This document shows, piece after piece, positions 11,339 to 21,038 of a stretch of 32,000 nt of DNA. The notes below the pieces were generated by a model. It was not told the origin of the DNA. It searched no databases and worked only from the letters and a program-made list of their open reading frames with translations. The DNA is from Escherichia coli. GTDB lineage: Bacteria; Pseudomonadota; Gammaproteobacteria; Enterobacterales; Enterobacteriaceae. Location: assembly GCF_036503815.1 (NCBI RefSeq), contig NZ_AP027764.1, forward strand, positions 2,309,298-2,341,297. The letters are read 5' to 3'. The translations under genes were made by a program, and so were the position numbers. How positions within the stretch are numbered: position 1 is the stretch's first letter; the number at the start of each line of letters is the position of its first letter.

Positions 11339-12730
11339 TTAACGGTGTGCCAGTTCGGCGTCGTCTTCGCTATCCAGAATGGCTTTATCGGTTTGCTTCA
11401 GCCACTGGCTGGTCAGCGTGCCAGCGGTCATCGAGCCACTAACGTTTAGCGCCGTACGGCCCATGTCGATAAGCGGTTCAACGGAGATTAACAATGCCAC
11501 CAGCGTTACAGGCAGGCCCATCGCAGGCAGCACAATCAGTGCGGCGAAAGTTGCGCCACCACCGACACCGGCAACGCCTGCGGAACTAACGGTAACAATA
11601 CCGACCAGCGTCGCAATCCACATCGGGTCCAGCGGGTTAATGCCAACCGTAGGCGCAACCATCACCGCCAGCATTGCCGGATACAAACCGGCACAGCCGT
11701 TCTGACCAATGGTCGCACCGAAAGAGGCGGCGAAACTGGCGATGGATTCAGGAACACCGAGTCGACGCGTTTGTGCTTCCACATTAAGCGGGATAGACGC
11801 AGCACTGGAACGGCTGGTAAAGGCAAACGTCAGTACTGGCCATACCTTACGGAAGTACTTCAGCGGGCTCACGCCATTAATGCCCAGCAGAAGGCCATGC
11901 ACTGCAAACATAATCAGAAGACCGAGGTAGGACGCGACAACGAAACTACCCAGTTTGATGATGTCTTGCAGGTTAGAACCTGCAACCACTTTGGTCATCA
12001 GCGCCAGAACGCCGTAAGGGGTCAGCTGCATGACCAGGCGAACCAGTTTCATCACCCAGCTTTGCAGGGTATCGATAGCGGTTAAGACGCGTTCACCTTT
12101 CGGCGCATCATCCTTCAGCAGCTTCAGCGCAGCTACGCCGAGGAATGCGGCAAAAATTACCACGCTGATAATTGACGTCGGATTGGCTCCGGTCAGATCG
12201 GCAAACGGGTTTTTCGGGATAAAGGACAAGACCAGCTGCGGAACGCTCAGGTCAGAGACTTTACCAACATAGTTACTTTCGATGGCGTTCAAACGTGCAG
12301 TTTCTGCACCACCCTGAACCAGACCTTCAGCCGTCAAACCAAACAGGTTGGTGACCAGCACACCGACCAGCGCCGCAATCAGCGTGGTAAACAAAAGCGT
12401 TCCGATGGTCAGAAAACTGATTTTGCCTAACTGTGATGCGTTATGCAGACGGGCAACCGCGCTCAAAATAGAGGCGAAGACTAACGGCATAACGATCATT
12501 TGCAGCAGTTGAACATAGCCATTACCAACGATGTTAAACCACTGTACAGAATCTTTAAGTACCTGGCTGTCAGAACCATAAATGGTATGCAGGGCGAGGC
12601 CAAAAACCACACCCATCACCAGACCCACCAGCACTTTTTTCGCCAGACTCCACTGTTTATGGCGGGTCTGAGCCAGCGCAAACAGCAGTACAACGAACAC
12701 CACGATGTTCGCAATTAATGGAAAGTTCAT
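11339..12730 (-). CDS. tcyP: L-cystine:proton symporter TcyP (YdjN), DAACS family
   Basis: 463-aa dicarboxylate/amino acid:cation symporter ORF in syntenic position. Confidence 0.95.
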   Translation of the reverse strand: MNFPLIANIVVFVVLLFALAQTRHKQWSLAKKVLVGLVMGVVFGLALHTIYGSDSQVLKDSVQWFNIVGNGYVQLLQMIVMPLVFASILSAVARLHNASQLGKISFLTIGTLLFTTLIAALVGVLVTNLFGLTAEGLVQGGAETARLNAIESNYVGKVSDLSVPQLVLSFIPKNPFADLTGANPTSIISVVIFAAFLGVAALKLLKDDAPKGERVLTAIDTLQSWVMKLVRLVMQLTPYGVLALMTKVVAGSNLQDIIKLGSFVVASYLGLLIMFAVHGLLLGINGVSPLKYFRKVWPVLTFAFTSRSSAASIPLNVEAQTRRLGVPESIASFAASFGATIGQNGCAGLYPAMLAVMVAPTVGINPLDPMWIATLVGIVTVSSAGVAGVGGGATFAALIVLPAMGLPVTLVALLISVEPLIDMGRTALNVSGSMTAGTLTSQWLKQTDKAILDSEDDAELAHR

Positions 12731-12862
12731 CCCCGTTCTCCTGATCTTATTATTTCTATCACTGCGTAGCAGTCATAGTGTTGGCGCAAGATTAACAGAA
12801 CTGTGAGCTGGCTCTTATATTCAAATGGAATTGCTTATTCCAGAAAGGCGATTTTTGCCTTT

Positions 12863-13453
12863 TTAGTATTCAACCTGATGCTTAATAAGCCGATGAAACT
12901 GGATCTGCAAGGTATTGATCATTTGCGATGACCAACGAACAGCGCTGTTTTCGGGTAATGAATGGGGCATCCATACCGACCAGACAAATAATGCCATGCA
13001 GATAAAACGTTCCAGTTGGTTGCCCTTTTGGGGAACCAGGATAGGCAAGCGGAAACGCCAGCGGCATGGCCAGAGCAGGGGAACACCGGCGGGTGTCAGC
13101 ATATCGGCAAGTATGTGGCTCAAATAACCCAGCACCATGCCCTGCAATGCATCAGCCGGAATGAACCAGCTTTCAGGAACCTTAAGGTAAAAGGTTGCCA
13201 GCAGCGCAAATACCGCCAGCAGACTGTGGGTAAAACCACGATGCCCAAAAGCGCGGGCGATCGGTTTTGATATCCACTTTAATCGCTGCCCAAGAAACGA
13301 CTTTGGGTGATCGATGTCCGGTAACAAACACGTCAGGATTGCGGAAGGGACAATATGCCACCAGTCACCCTGTGCCAGCACGGGCGTCAGCTCGGCATTT
13401 TTGGCAAATACCGCACAAGCAATAGAAAAGAGAAGGTGACCTTCCGCCGTCAT
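12863..13453 (-). CDS. ydjM: LexA-regulated inner membrane protein YdjM, metal-dependent hydrolase-like
   Basis: MTAEGHLLFSIACAVFAKNAELTPVLAQGDWWHIVPSAILTCLLPDIDHP...; 196 aa from the start at 13453 (track start 13465). Confidence 0.93.
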   Translation of the reverse strand: MTAEGHLLFSIACAVFAKNAELTPVLAQGDWWHIVPSAILTCLLPDIDHPKSFLGQRLKWISKPIARAFGHRGFTHSLLAVFALLATFYLKVPESWFIPADALQGMVLGYLSHILADMLTPAGVPLLWPCRWRFRLPILVPQKGNQLERFICMALFVWSVWMPHSLPENSAVRWSSQMINTLQIQFHRLIKHQVEY

Positions 13454-13469
13454 GATAAAACTCACTAAA

Positions 13470-13485
13470 CTGTCGATACGTACAG
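13470..13485 (-). promoter_or_regulatory. LexA box 1 of ydjM
   Basis: CTGTCGATACGTACAG fits CTG-N10-CAG. Confidence 0.85.
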
Positions 13486-13487
13486 TA

Positions 13488-13503
13488 TAGGATTTTTATA
13501 CAG
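13488..13503 (-). promoter_or_regulatory. LexA box 2 of ydjM (degenerate half-site)
   Basis: Minus strand CTGTATAAAAATCCTA, 2 bp from box 1. ydjM is known to have two adjacent LexA boxes. Confidence 0.65.
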
Positions 13504-13615
13504 TGCGCGGAAGTGGTGACGGTGTAACTCTTTCTCTTAAATTGACGATTAATCCGTCAGTTGAATGCAAATTCAGATAAAGAACCAGGAGCAGCGTGAT
13601 CACTGCCCCTGGTCA

Positions 13616-14284
13616 TTAACCGAGAAGGTCTTTTGCGGTGAGTTCTGTCAGCGATGAGAGTTTGACGTTTGCTAATACAAAACGTGGATCATTTTGCGCT
13701 TCTGGCGCAGGAACGACGATGGAACGCATGCGGGCTGCTTTAGAAGCGATCATGCCATTTACCGAGTCTTCCAGCGCCACGCAGGTCAGTGGGTCAACGC
13801 CCAGTTTTGCTGCGCAGTCGAGATATACTTGCGGATGCGGCTTGCTGTAAGGCAATTTTTCAGCCGAGGCGAGGGCATCGAAACTGTCGCGTAAGTCAAA
13901 CATGGTCAACACTTTTTCCAGCATATGTAGTGGTGACGCGGAGGCCAGTCCCACCAATAAACCTTGTTCTTTGCATAACGCAACGGCTTCACGCACGCCT
14001 GGCAATAATGGGTGTGTCTCTTCAACCAGTGAAATGGCACGAGCAATAACCCGTTCTACTACTTCCTGACGGCTTGGACCATTCCAGGGTTGCCGGGCGT
14101 ACCAAAGATCGACCACCATATCGATGCGTAAACCTAAGGTGTCCGGCAGCTCGTTACGACGGGAGATATCCACCCCCAGGCTTGCCATCACATCCAGTTC
14201 GGCCCGATCCCATAAAGGTTCTGAGTCGATAAGTAATCCATCCATATCAAAAATTGCAGCAAGAATCTGACGCGGGGTTGACAT
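13616..14284 (-). CDS. hxpB: HAD-family hexitol/2-deoxyglucose-6-phosphate phosphatase (YniC)
   Basis: 222-aa HAD ORF (AIFDMDGLLIDSEPLWDRAE...). Confidence 0.95.
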   Translation of the reverse strand: MSTPRQILAAIFDMDGLLIDSEPLWDRAELDVMASLGVDISRRNELPDTLGLRIDMVVDLWYARQPWNGPSRQEVVERVIARAISLVEETHPLLPGVREAVALCKEQGLLVGLASASPLHMLEKVLTMFDLRDSFDALASAEKLPYSKPHPQVYLDCAAKLGVDPLTCVALEDSVNGMIASKAARMRSIVVPAPEAQNDPRFVLANVKLSSLTELTAKDLLG

Positions 14285-14430
14285 TACAACCTCTCCTTTA
14301 GAGCATTATGTGTAAGGTATTAAGCCGTGCTTATGATTAAGCGCCTATCATATCGCCTTTAAAGAATGGGCGAAAACAGATATCTACAGGTAAACTAAGT
14401 GAAACGACGCGTCTTAATCAAGGAGAACTC

Positions 14431-14967
14431 ATGACGTATCAACAAGCTGGACGCATTGCTGTTTTGAAAAGGATTTTAGGTTGGGTGATTTTTATACCTG
14501 CATTGATCTCTACATTGATTTCTTTGCTGAAATTTATGAATACCCGGCAGGAAAACCAGGAAGGCATTAATGCGGTCATGCTCGACTTTACTCATGTCAT
14601 GATCGATATGATGCAGGCGAATACGCCTTTTTTGAATCTGTTCTGGTATAACTCCCCGACGCCCAATTTTAATGGTGGCGTGAACGTTATGTTCTGGGTG
14701 ATTTTCATCCTGATTTTTGTCGGACTGGCGTTGCAGGATTCCGGTGCCCGGATGAGTCGCCAGGCGCGCTTCTTGCGGGAAGGTGTTGAAGATCAACTCA
14801 TTCTGGAAAAAGCCAAAGGGGAAGAGGGGCTAACACGCGAACAGATTGAGTCACGTATTGTTGTCCCGCACCATACTATTTTCCTGCAGTTTTTCTCGCT
14901 GTATATCCTGCCGGTTATTTGTATTGCTGCAGGTTATGTGTTCTTTTCTCTGCTGGGGTTTATTTAA
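14431..14967 (+). CDS. yniB: Inner membrane protein YniB
   Basis: 178-aa ORF with N- and C-terminal transmembrane segments; recognised YniB. Confidence 0.93.
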   Translation: MTYQQAGRIAVLKRILGWVIFIPALISTLISLLKFMNTRQENQEGINAVMLDFTHVMIDMMQANTPFLNLFWYNSPTPNFNGGVNVMFWVIFILIFVGLALQDSGARMSRQARFLREGVEDQLILEKAKGEEGLTREQIESRIVVPHHTIFLQFFSLYILPVICIAAGYVFFSLLGFI

Positions 14968-14972
14968 TCAAA

Positions 14973-14989
14973 AGGCCGCACGGAGCGGC
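14973..14989 (+). terminator. Hairpin between convergent yniB and yniA
   Basis: GGCCGC-ACGGA-GCGGCC in the short intergenic space. Confidence 0.5.
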
Positions 14990-15007
14990 CATTATCCTCA
15001 CCCCATA

Positions 15008-15868
15008 TTATGCTGCTAATAATCTATCCAGTGACTGCTGAGCAATAACCAAATGCTGACCGCCAAATAACCTTGCACGATTTAACAGCGTGTAGAGTTG
15101 GTAAACCGGTTGACGTTCAAGGAAATCGGCAGGTAGCGGGGATACTGACTGATAGCCGTCATAGATTTGTGGCGGCTGTTCAGTATGCAGCGGTAACATC
15201 GCCAGGTCGCACTCTCGGTCACCCCAGTAGCAGGCCGGGTCGAAAATGTACGGGCCATCCGGACCCAGCGCACAGTTGCCGGACCATAAATCGCCGTGCA
15301 ACAGAGAAGGCTGCGGTTGATGCGAGGCCAGACGCTGCTGAATATGCTCGACGATGGCATCGATATTGCCGAAAGCGATCCCTTTTTCTGCCGCCAGTTC
15401 CAGCTGCCAGCCAATCCGTTGTTCAGCAAAAAAAGTTGACCAGCGACGTTGCCAGGTGTTGGGCTGGGGAGTTGTGGAGAGCGCGTTATCGAAATCGAGG
15501 CCAAATTGCGGTTGGTCGCTCCATTGATGTAAACGCGCAATTTGCTGACCAAGAATAAATGCGCTATGCGCATCCAGCGGGCGAGGTGGGAGATAATCCA
15601 TCACCAGAAAACTGTAGTCACGGTCAGCGCCAACTGCCCAAACCTTAGGCACGGTGACGGTTTTACTACGCGACAGTAACTCCAGTTGGTCGGCTTCGGC
15701 GGTAAAACCGGGAAGCAGTTCCCTTTCATCACATTTGACGAAAAAGTCACGTCCTGCATAGCGCAAATGCCATGCGGCATGGACTTCTCCGCCAGGCAGT
15801 TCATTACGCAGTTCGATTTCGCCTTCACCTAACTGCTCGCTCAAAAGACGACTGATTGCCTGCCACAT
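15008..15868 (-). CDS. yniA: Fructosamine kinase family protein YniA
   Basis: 286-aa ORF with kinase-like SLLHGDLWSGN and FDPACYWGDRECDLAML motifs. Confidence 0.94.
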   Translation of the reverse strand: MWQAISRLLSEQLGEGEIELRNELPGGEVHAAWHLRYAGRDFFVKCDERELLPGFTAEADQLELLSRSKTVTVPKVWAVGADRDYSFLVMDYLPPRPLDAHSAFILGQQIARLHQWSDQPQFGLDFDNALSTTPQPNTWQRRWSTFFAEQRIGWQLELAAEKGIAFGNIDAIVEHIQQRLASHQPQPSLLHGDLWSGNCALGPDGPYIFDPACYWGDRECDLAMLPLHTEQPPQIYDGYQSVSPLPADFLERQPVYQLYTLLNRARLFGGQHLVIAQQSLDRLLAA

Positions 15869-15973
15869 GATGTCTCTCCCATGTTGTCTGCCAGATCATA
15901 AGGTTAGCGCAAGAATGCGGTGTAAAAACACGAGCTAACGCACACCACAGACTGATTATTGCCCAAAAACCAT

Positions 15974-16264
15974 TTATTTTTTGTTGCTATTCCATTCCTC
16001 CCAGGTCGTGATGGTGATTTCAGGATCTTTGCCGGTTGCACTTTGGGTAAGCCCCGAAACCAGTTCTCTAATTTCTTCTTCACTTTGGGTACTGATAAGT
16101 CCAAAAGTGTTAGTCCCCAGCTCATGGATATTTCCATCATCATCCGTCATGGTGAGCAAAAAACCGTCGCGAGTCAGGTAATTATTCAACTCGTTAATTT
16201 CAGTCAATGTATCCTCGTGCAACATGACGGTTATGACATAACGGACAAGATCGCCACTGGCCAT
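15974..16264 (-). CDS. ydiZ: Uncharacterised protein YdiZ
   Basis: 96-aa ORF MASGDLVRYVITVMLHEDTLTEINELNNYL... in syntenic position. Confidence 0.9.
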   Translation of the reverse strand: MASGDLVRYVITVMLHEDTLTEINELNNYLTRDGFLLTMTDDDGNIHELGTNTFGLISTQSEEEIRELVSGLTQSATGKDPEITITTWEEWNSNKK

Positions 16265-16335
16265 AGTTCACCCCTTTGTTATCACATGACTTTTGAGCAT
16301 AGTCGGAGAAACGCGTTGCCGACAGGTTGGTGGTG

Positions 16336-16357
16336 ATTCCCCCAATGCAGGGGGAAT
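16336..16357 (-). terminator. Hairpin downstream of pfkB
   Basis: ATTCCCCC-AATGCA-GGGGGAAT just past the pfkB stop; no strong U tract. Confidence 0.5.
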
Positions 16358-16364
16358 GTTTCAG

Positions 16365-17294
16365 TTAGCGGGAAAGGTAAGCGTAAATTTTTTGTGTATC
16401 GTCATGGGAGCACAGGCGTGTTCCCTGATTGAGTGTGGCTGCACTCCCCGCAGCTACGCCAAAACGGACCATCTCTTCAAGAGAGGCATTTTCTGCCAGT
16501 TTCAGTGTCATCGCGCCGACCATGCTGTCACCAGCGCCAACGGTGCTCTGGCTTTTCACCGGTGGTGGCACAACCTGAATGCAGTTTTCACTATCAACGC
16601 CCAGCGCCCCTTGTGGACCCAGGGAAACGACAACTCGTTTGGCCTTGCCGCTATTAACGATTTCCTGCGCGGCTTTGCGGACATCGTCTGGCTGGGTGAG
16701 TTCGCGATTCACCAGCGCACTGAGTTCTTTTTGGTTAGGCTTAACCAACTCGATGTTACCAATCGCCAGTGCTGCACTTAACGCTTCGCCAGAACTGTCG
16801 ACGATACAGCGGATCCCTTGGTTTTGCGCAGCGGAAATCAGTTGGGTTAATTTTTCTAGCTTCACACCTGGCGGCAGGCTTCCGCTTATGACCAGGATAG
16901 CACCGGATTCAATTTCCAGAACTTGCTCTTCAAGCTGGCGAAACTCATCTTCACTTAATGCCGCGCCTGGCATGACAAAACGATACTGCTCACCGCTTGC
17001 TTCCACATGTACGTGTAAATTCTGCCGGGTCCAGTCTTTGGCTTCTACAGTAGCGACGGGGACATTTTCATCTGCCAACAGTGAAACCAGATGTTCGCCG
17101 GTCGCACCACCCGCCGGGAAGATCGCTGTGGCACTGCCTCCAAGATGGGCAATGGCGCGGGCGACGTTGATGCCGCCGCCTCCGGGTTCGAATACCGGTG
17201 CGGTACAGCGCAGCTTTCCTTCGGGATAAATTTGCGGGGTAATTGTTGCGCTATCGAGAGAGGGCGCAAGTGTCAACGTATAGATACGTACCAT
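16365..17294 (-). CDS. pfkB: 6-phosphofructokinase II
   Basis: 309-aa PfkB/ribokinase-family ORF (VGAGDSMVGAM motif); start at the second Met. Confidence 0.97.
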   Translation of the reverse strand: MVRIYTLTLAPSLDSATITPQIYPEGKLRCTAPVFEPGGGGINVARAIAHLGGSATAIFPAGGATGEHLVSLLADENVPVATVEAKDWTRQNLHVHVEASGEQYRFVMPGAALSEDEFRQLEEQVLEIESGAILVISGSLPPGVKLEKLTQLISAAQNQGIRCIVDSSGEALSAALAIGNIELVKPNQKELSALVNRELTQPDDVRKAAQEIVNSGKAKRVVVSLGPQGALGVDSENCIQVVPPPVKSQSTVGAGDSMVGAMTLKLAENASLEEMVRFGVAAGSAATLNQGTRLCSHDDTQKIYAYLSR

Positions 17295-17459
17295 CATTTC
17301 CTCCTATAGGCTGATTTCAGTCTGGCACCGAATCAGCGGAAAGTGAAGAAATTAACAATATGATTTATTAGAGCTTTATTTAAAATTTTGCAGATAAATA
17401 TATATAAATAAAAATCTGTTTTCGCCACATGCTTATTCAAAAAATGAAATAAGAATACA

Positions 17460-17488
17460 TTGCTAAGTTATTCGCGCCTTTTTATAAT
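17460..17488 (+). promoter_or_regulatory. Candidate sigma70 promoter (TTGCTA - 17 bp - TATAAT) upstream of ydiY
   Basis: Perfect TATAAT -10 with a 17-bp spacer to TTGCTA. Confidence 0.6.
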
Positions 17489-17536
17489 TCGTTACCTTTC
17501 CAGGGACGCTAATCTTTGATCCTTAAGAAAGTTTCC

Positions 17537-17560
17537 GGGACCGCGAAGGTCTCTTTTTTT
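17537..17560 (+). terminator. Intrinsic terminator-like element in the ydiY 5' region (candidate attenuator or sRNA 3' end)
   Basis: GGGACC-GCGAA-GGTCTC followed by TTTTTTT, ending about 20 nt before the ydiY ATG. Confidence 0.6.
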
Positions 17561-17580
17561 GTTGTACGGACTCTTGATAA

Positions 17581-18339
17581 ATGAAGCTTTTGAAGACAGT
17601 TCCTGCCATCGTTATGTTGGCGGGGGGCATGTTTGCGTCACTGAATGCAGCTGCCGATGATTCCGTTTTTACTGTCATGGACGATCCTGCCAGCGCTAAA
17701 AAACCTTTCGAAGGTAATCTGAATGCAGGATATCTTGCACAATCAGGCAATACGAAAAGCTCCTCACTTACGGCTGACACTACCATGACCTGGTATGGAC
17801 ATACCACTGCCTGGTCGCTGTGGGGGAACGCCAGTAATACCTCTTCTAATGATGAGCGTTCTTCAGAAAAATATGCGGCGGGCGGGCGTAGCCGTTTTAA
17901 TTTAACTGATTATGACTATTTATTTGGGCAGGCAAGCTGGCTGACAGACCGTTATAACGGCTATCGAGAGCGCGATGTGTTGACCGCGGGTTATGGTCGC
18001 CAGTTTTTGAATGGCCCGGTACACAGTTTCCGCTTTGAATTCGGTCCAGGTGTGCGTTACGACAAATATACCGACAATGCCAGTGAAACCCAGCCGCTGG
18101 GTTATGCCTCCGGGGCTTATGCATGGCAGTTGACTGACAACGCTAAATTTACGCAGGGTGTTTCAGTCTTTGGCGCGGAAGACACAACGCTGAACTCTGA
18201 AAGCGCATTAAATGTTGCTATTAATGAACATTTTGGACTGAAGGTGGCTTACAACGTCACATGGAACTCTGAACCTCCAGAGTCTGCACCGGAACATACC
18301 GATCGTCGGACAACCTTATCGCTGGGCTACAGCATGTAA
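17581..18339 (+). CDS. ydiY: DUF481-family outer-membrane-like protein YdiY
   Basis: 252-aa ORF with signal peptide and salt-induced outer membrane protein-like sequence. Confidence 0.93.
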   Translation: MKLLKTVPAIVMLAGGMFASLNAAADDSVFTVMDDPASAKKPFEGNLNAGYLAQSGNTKSSSLTADTTMTWYGHTTAWSLWGNASNTSSNDERSSEKYAAGGRSRFNLTDYDYLFGQASWLTDRYNGYRERDVLTAGYGRQFLNGPVHSFRFEFGPGVRYDKYTDNASETQPLGYASGAYAWQLTDNAKFTQGVSVFGAEDTTLNSESALNVAINEHFGLKVAYNVTWNSEPPESAPEHTDRRTTLSLGYSM

Positions 18340-18391
18340 CATTATCTGCCGGACCGTAGTATGCGGTCTGGCTGTTTTCGTTTGTCACTGC

Positions 18392-18499
18392 TCAGCCCCA
18401 AATCATTGCTGCCCAACGTAGCAACAACATAGCGCCACAGATTGCCAGTAGCACCACCACCATCTTCCAGTGTTTTTTATCAAAGCGTTTAGTCGGCAT
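18392..18499 (-). CDS. yniD: Small membrane protein YniD (35 aa)
   Basis: MPTKRFDKKHWKMVVVLLAICGAMLLLRWAAMIWG with one transmembrane helix. The 72-aa track ORF is an N-terminal over-extension. Confidence 0.85.
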   Translation of the reverse strand: MPTKRFDKKHWKMVVVLLAICGAMLLLRWAAMIWG

Positions 18500-18661
18500 A
18501 CCAGTGTCCTGCATATCTCTTGTGCGTGATAACGGAGTGTAACAAAAGGGACAGGCAACAAGGGATTTTTTGCAATTGCAGCCGTCGGGTGGCGTTGTGC
18601 ACCCGGTCACTGTTATTGAGTTTAAAGTATATGTATCAACATATACATCGTAAATATTTAG

Positions 18662-20560
18662 TTATAAATACGCCTGTAGTTCATCTGGACTAAAGCTCAG
18701 GCTTTGGCTGATTACATTTATAGCTGCATAATATGTTTCTACCGTTTTATAATGATTATGATGAATGGCTATATGAACAGCTGATATGTTGTCATAATTT
18801 TTAGCGGCCAACAGTGTGAATAACTGATGTTGACTAAAAGAATATTTTTTTGCAAAAGTACACAGCGTCGATATATAAGATAGCACGACGTCTTCATTAC
18901 CCTTGCTCATGGCGATGTATAAAGCAGGGGTTCCATGTGCTGTTGCGCCTTTTAATAAATCCATGATGTTAATTTTACTGAGGTTATATTTAAAGGCGAT
19001 TCCATAAATTTTTGAGAGGAACCGTGTGACACACAAAGGGTGATTATTTTCCATTGCAGCGAATAATCCTGGTTCACCGTCGTGTATTTTCATTGCTAAA
19101 ATATCCATTACCAGCTTTTTGTTTAAAAGCTCTTGTGCTATTGGAGTGGTTAATGTATTAAGGAAGATATTGATTATTTCATCGAATCCATACAACATGG
19201 TAATGTAGAGTCCAGGTGTGTCATTGGCACTTTTAGTTTGCAGTAACTTAACTAGATTACTTTTATGAATGATGCGACTATTTACCAGTGACTGAATTTC
19301 TTGCATAAATATTTTTACGTTGTCAGTATGTCCGTTCATCATAGCCAGAAATAAAGCAGGAGTACCAACGCTATTCTGCGCAGTTATTATTTTAATGATT
19401 TCTTTTTCAGGGAGTATGCGCAACTGTTTGAATAATGTAATAAGCTGTTGAGTCTGTCCTGTGGCCATTATTAACAACATTGCCGATGGATGTATAGGGG
19501 CAAATGGCATTCGTGTCGCAATACCCGCGAAAATAGCCGCTGGAACTCCCTCAGGTAATAGAGGGAGAATTGCAATTGCACAGTTGCGAACATACATATC
19601 AGCCCAGGTCTGAGCATCGGGACCTGAACTGATGAACTTATCAAGCGAGAGAAAGCCCCGTGCTGTCCTGTGGGTGCCTCTGACGGCAACATTGGTGTCG
19701 TTCGGATCGTAAACGGACACAACATAATTTAACTGTCCATCCGCTGCCAGCTTTATTCGTAGCCTTACTGATAAAGTATGATTGTCTATATATAAAATCG
19801 CGGACATATGACTGACATTGTTTGCCATCATCCGACAGAAGAAAATATCTAAAGCGAAGCCAAAATCCTTACTCGCGATAACGCGACTCCCTGCAGGAGG
19901 ATGGCGAAGTAATGCTCTGAACTCCGCGTCCCGGACAATAGGGACATGCTGCTGTATGGATTCAACGGAGGAGTAATGTTTAATCAGATTGACTTTGCCT
20001 TTTCCATTTCCCAATGAATCAAGGGCGTATTGTAATGACAGATGGCGGCAAAAAATAGCGTCAGAAGGAGATTGCAAAAAAAATGCACTACCATTGAGAT
20101 TTACTGTTGGTTGTATAGTTTTTTCTCTATGGATTTTTTTTGAGAGCTTCATGCAATGGTTACGTTTTTCGGCAGTTGACTGTTCCTGTTCAATATAATC
20201 CAGTATGCTTCGCAAATGGTTAGCTTTAATGGGCGTGGTTTCCAGAAGTAAGGAAATGATTTCTTTTTTATAGTGTAATGTAATGAGTATATTTTCTGCA
20301 TGGATGGGGGAAGTGGCAAAGTTAATGATAAAAAGGGCAGTGGAATAACAATTTTGTGATATTTTTCGACAGCTTGCGGTAAATTCCTGAGTAACACAGT
20401 ATGACAGCGTCGAACTTAAATCAGAGGTATCAAGTAGGGTGATGAGCTGGCGCGCAAATTGATTAATAGGCTCTGCTGAAGGCGTTGGTATGTCGCTATC
20501 GATGTGCACTCTATGAGGAGACTTATAATGAGTTCTGATAATGATATCGTTTTCACTCAT
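18662..20560 (-). CDS. arpB: Intact ankyrin-repeat-like protein ArpB with EspL/OspD/ShET2-like N-terminal region
   Basis: Uninterrupted 632-aa ORF, AT-rich, with five C-terminal repeats ([55 protein letters not shown]). Recalled as a split pseudogene in K-12. Confidence 0.85.
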   Translation of the reverse strand: MSENDIIIRTHYKSPHRVHIDSDIPTPSAEPINQFARQLITLLDTSDLSSTLSYCVTQEFTASCRKISQNCYSTALFIINFATSPIHAENILITLHYKKEIISLLLETTPIKANHLRSILDYIEQEQSTAEKRNHCMKLSKKIHREKTIQPTVNLNGSAFFLQSPSDAIFCRHLSLQYALDSLGNGKGKVNLIKHYSSVESIQQHVPIVRDAEFRALLRHPPAGSRVIASKDFGFALDIFFCRMMANNVSHMSAILYIDNHTLSVRLRIKLAADGQLNYVVSVYDPNDTNVAVRGTHRTARGFLSLDKFISSGPDAQTWADMYVRNCAIAILPLLPEGVPAAIFAGIATRMPFAPIHPSAMLLIMATGQTQQLITLFKQLRILPEKEIIKIITAQNSVGTPALFLAMMNGHTDNVKIFMQEIQSLVNSRIIHKSNLVKLLQTKSANDTPGLYITMLYGFDEIINIFLNTLTTPIAQELLNKKLVMDILAMKIHDGEPGLFAAMENNHPLCVTRFLSKIYGIAFKYNLSKINIMDLLKGATAHGTPALYIAMSKGNEDVVLSYISTLCTFAKKYSFSQHQLFTLLAAKNYDNISAVHIAIHHNHYKTVETYYAAINVISQSLSFSPDELQAYL

Positions 20561-20964
20561 AATCTATTCGCCTTATATATGTCTGGAGGTTTTGAGTATG
20601 ATGATTAATTATTATCGCCAGAACGAAATGTGCACGAAAAATTGCTATAAGAATTGTGTCACTTTTATCATTGCGATATGACCAGTTCGTCATTAATCTC
20701 ATGATCGTTTAAATACCACCGCCAAATAGCGCAACGAACTTTGCTGGATTCAGTTTATATGCGTAAATCCGCTCGCAGTAAACCTTTCAGACGCTGCGTG
20801 ATGTTATGAGTGGTTCTTTAAGCGTTTTGCTGGTGTACTCACTACAAACGAATTGCGAATCGAATCAATGTGAAACGGAAAGGTACAATCTCCCTTTTTT
20901 TAGTGTTAACATCGTTCAACCGGGTGGAAGGTGAGAGGTTAATGTCTTTCATTTGTGTACCTGA

Positions 20965-21006
20965 TTGCGAACCAATTTAGCATTTGTTGGCTAGATGGTT
21001 TCGCAA
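20965..21006 (+). promoter_or_regulatory. thrS translational operator, upstream tRNA-like arm (domain 4)
   Basis: TTGCGAACC...GGTTTCGCAA outer stem with inner TAGC/GCTA stem and apical UUUGUU loop containing the Thr anticodon UGU. Confidence 0.7.
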
Positions 21007-21038
21007 TGAACTGTTAATAAACAAATTTTTCTTTGTAT

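Noticed and set aside
15073-15573. Two overlapping ORFs (161 aa plus, 163 aa minus) inside yniA
   Set aside because: Alternate frames of the kinase-like yniA gene; no start-site or domain evidence.
16579-17229. 216-aa antisense ORF inside pfkB, Ser/Pro-rich
   Set aside because: Composition typical of a reverse-complement shadow frame; no independent support.
18500-18610. N-terminal extension making the yniD ORF 72 aa
   Set aside because: The known small protein starts at MPTKRFDKKHW. The extension is a Cys-rich stretch without conserved features, although it could be re-examined by ribosome profiling.
18662-20560. arpB as an antiphage defence or toxin-antitoxin locus
   Set aside because: No adjacent partner gene, no nuclease, NTPase or antitoxin-like ORF nearby. 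The architecture fits an effector-like ankyrin protein better, so no multi-gene system is claimed.
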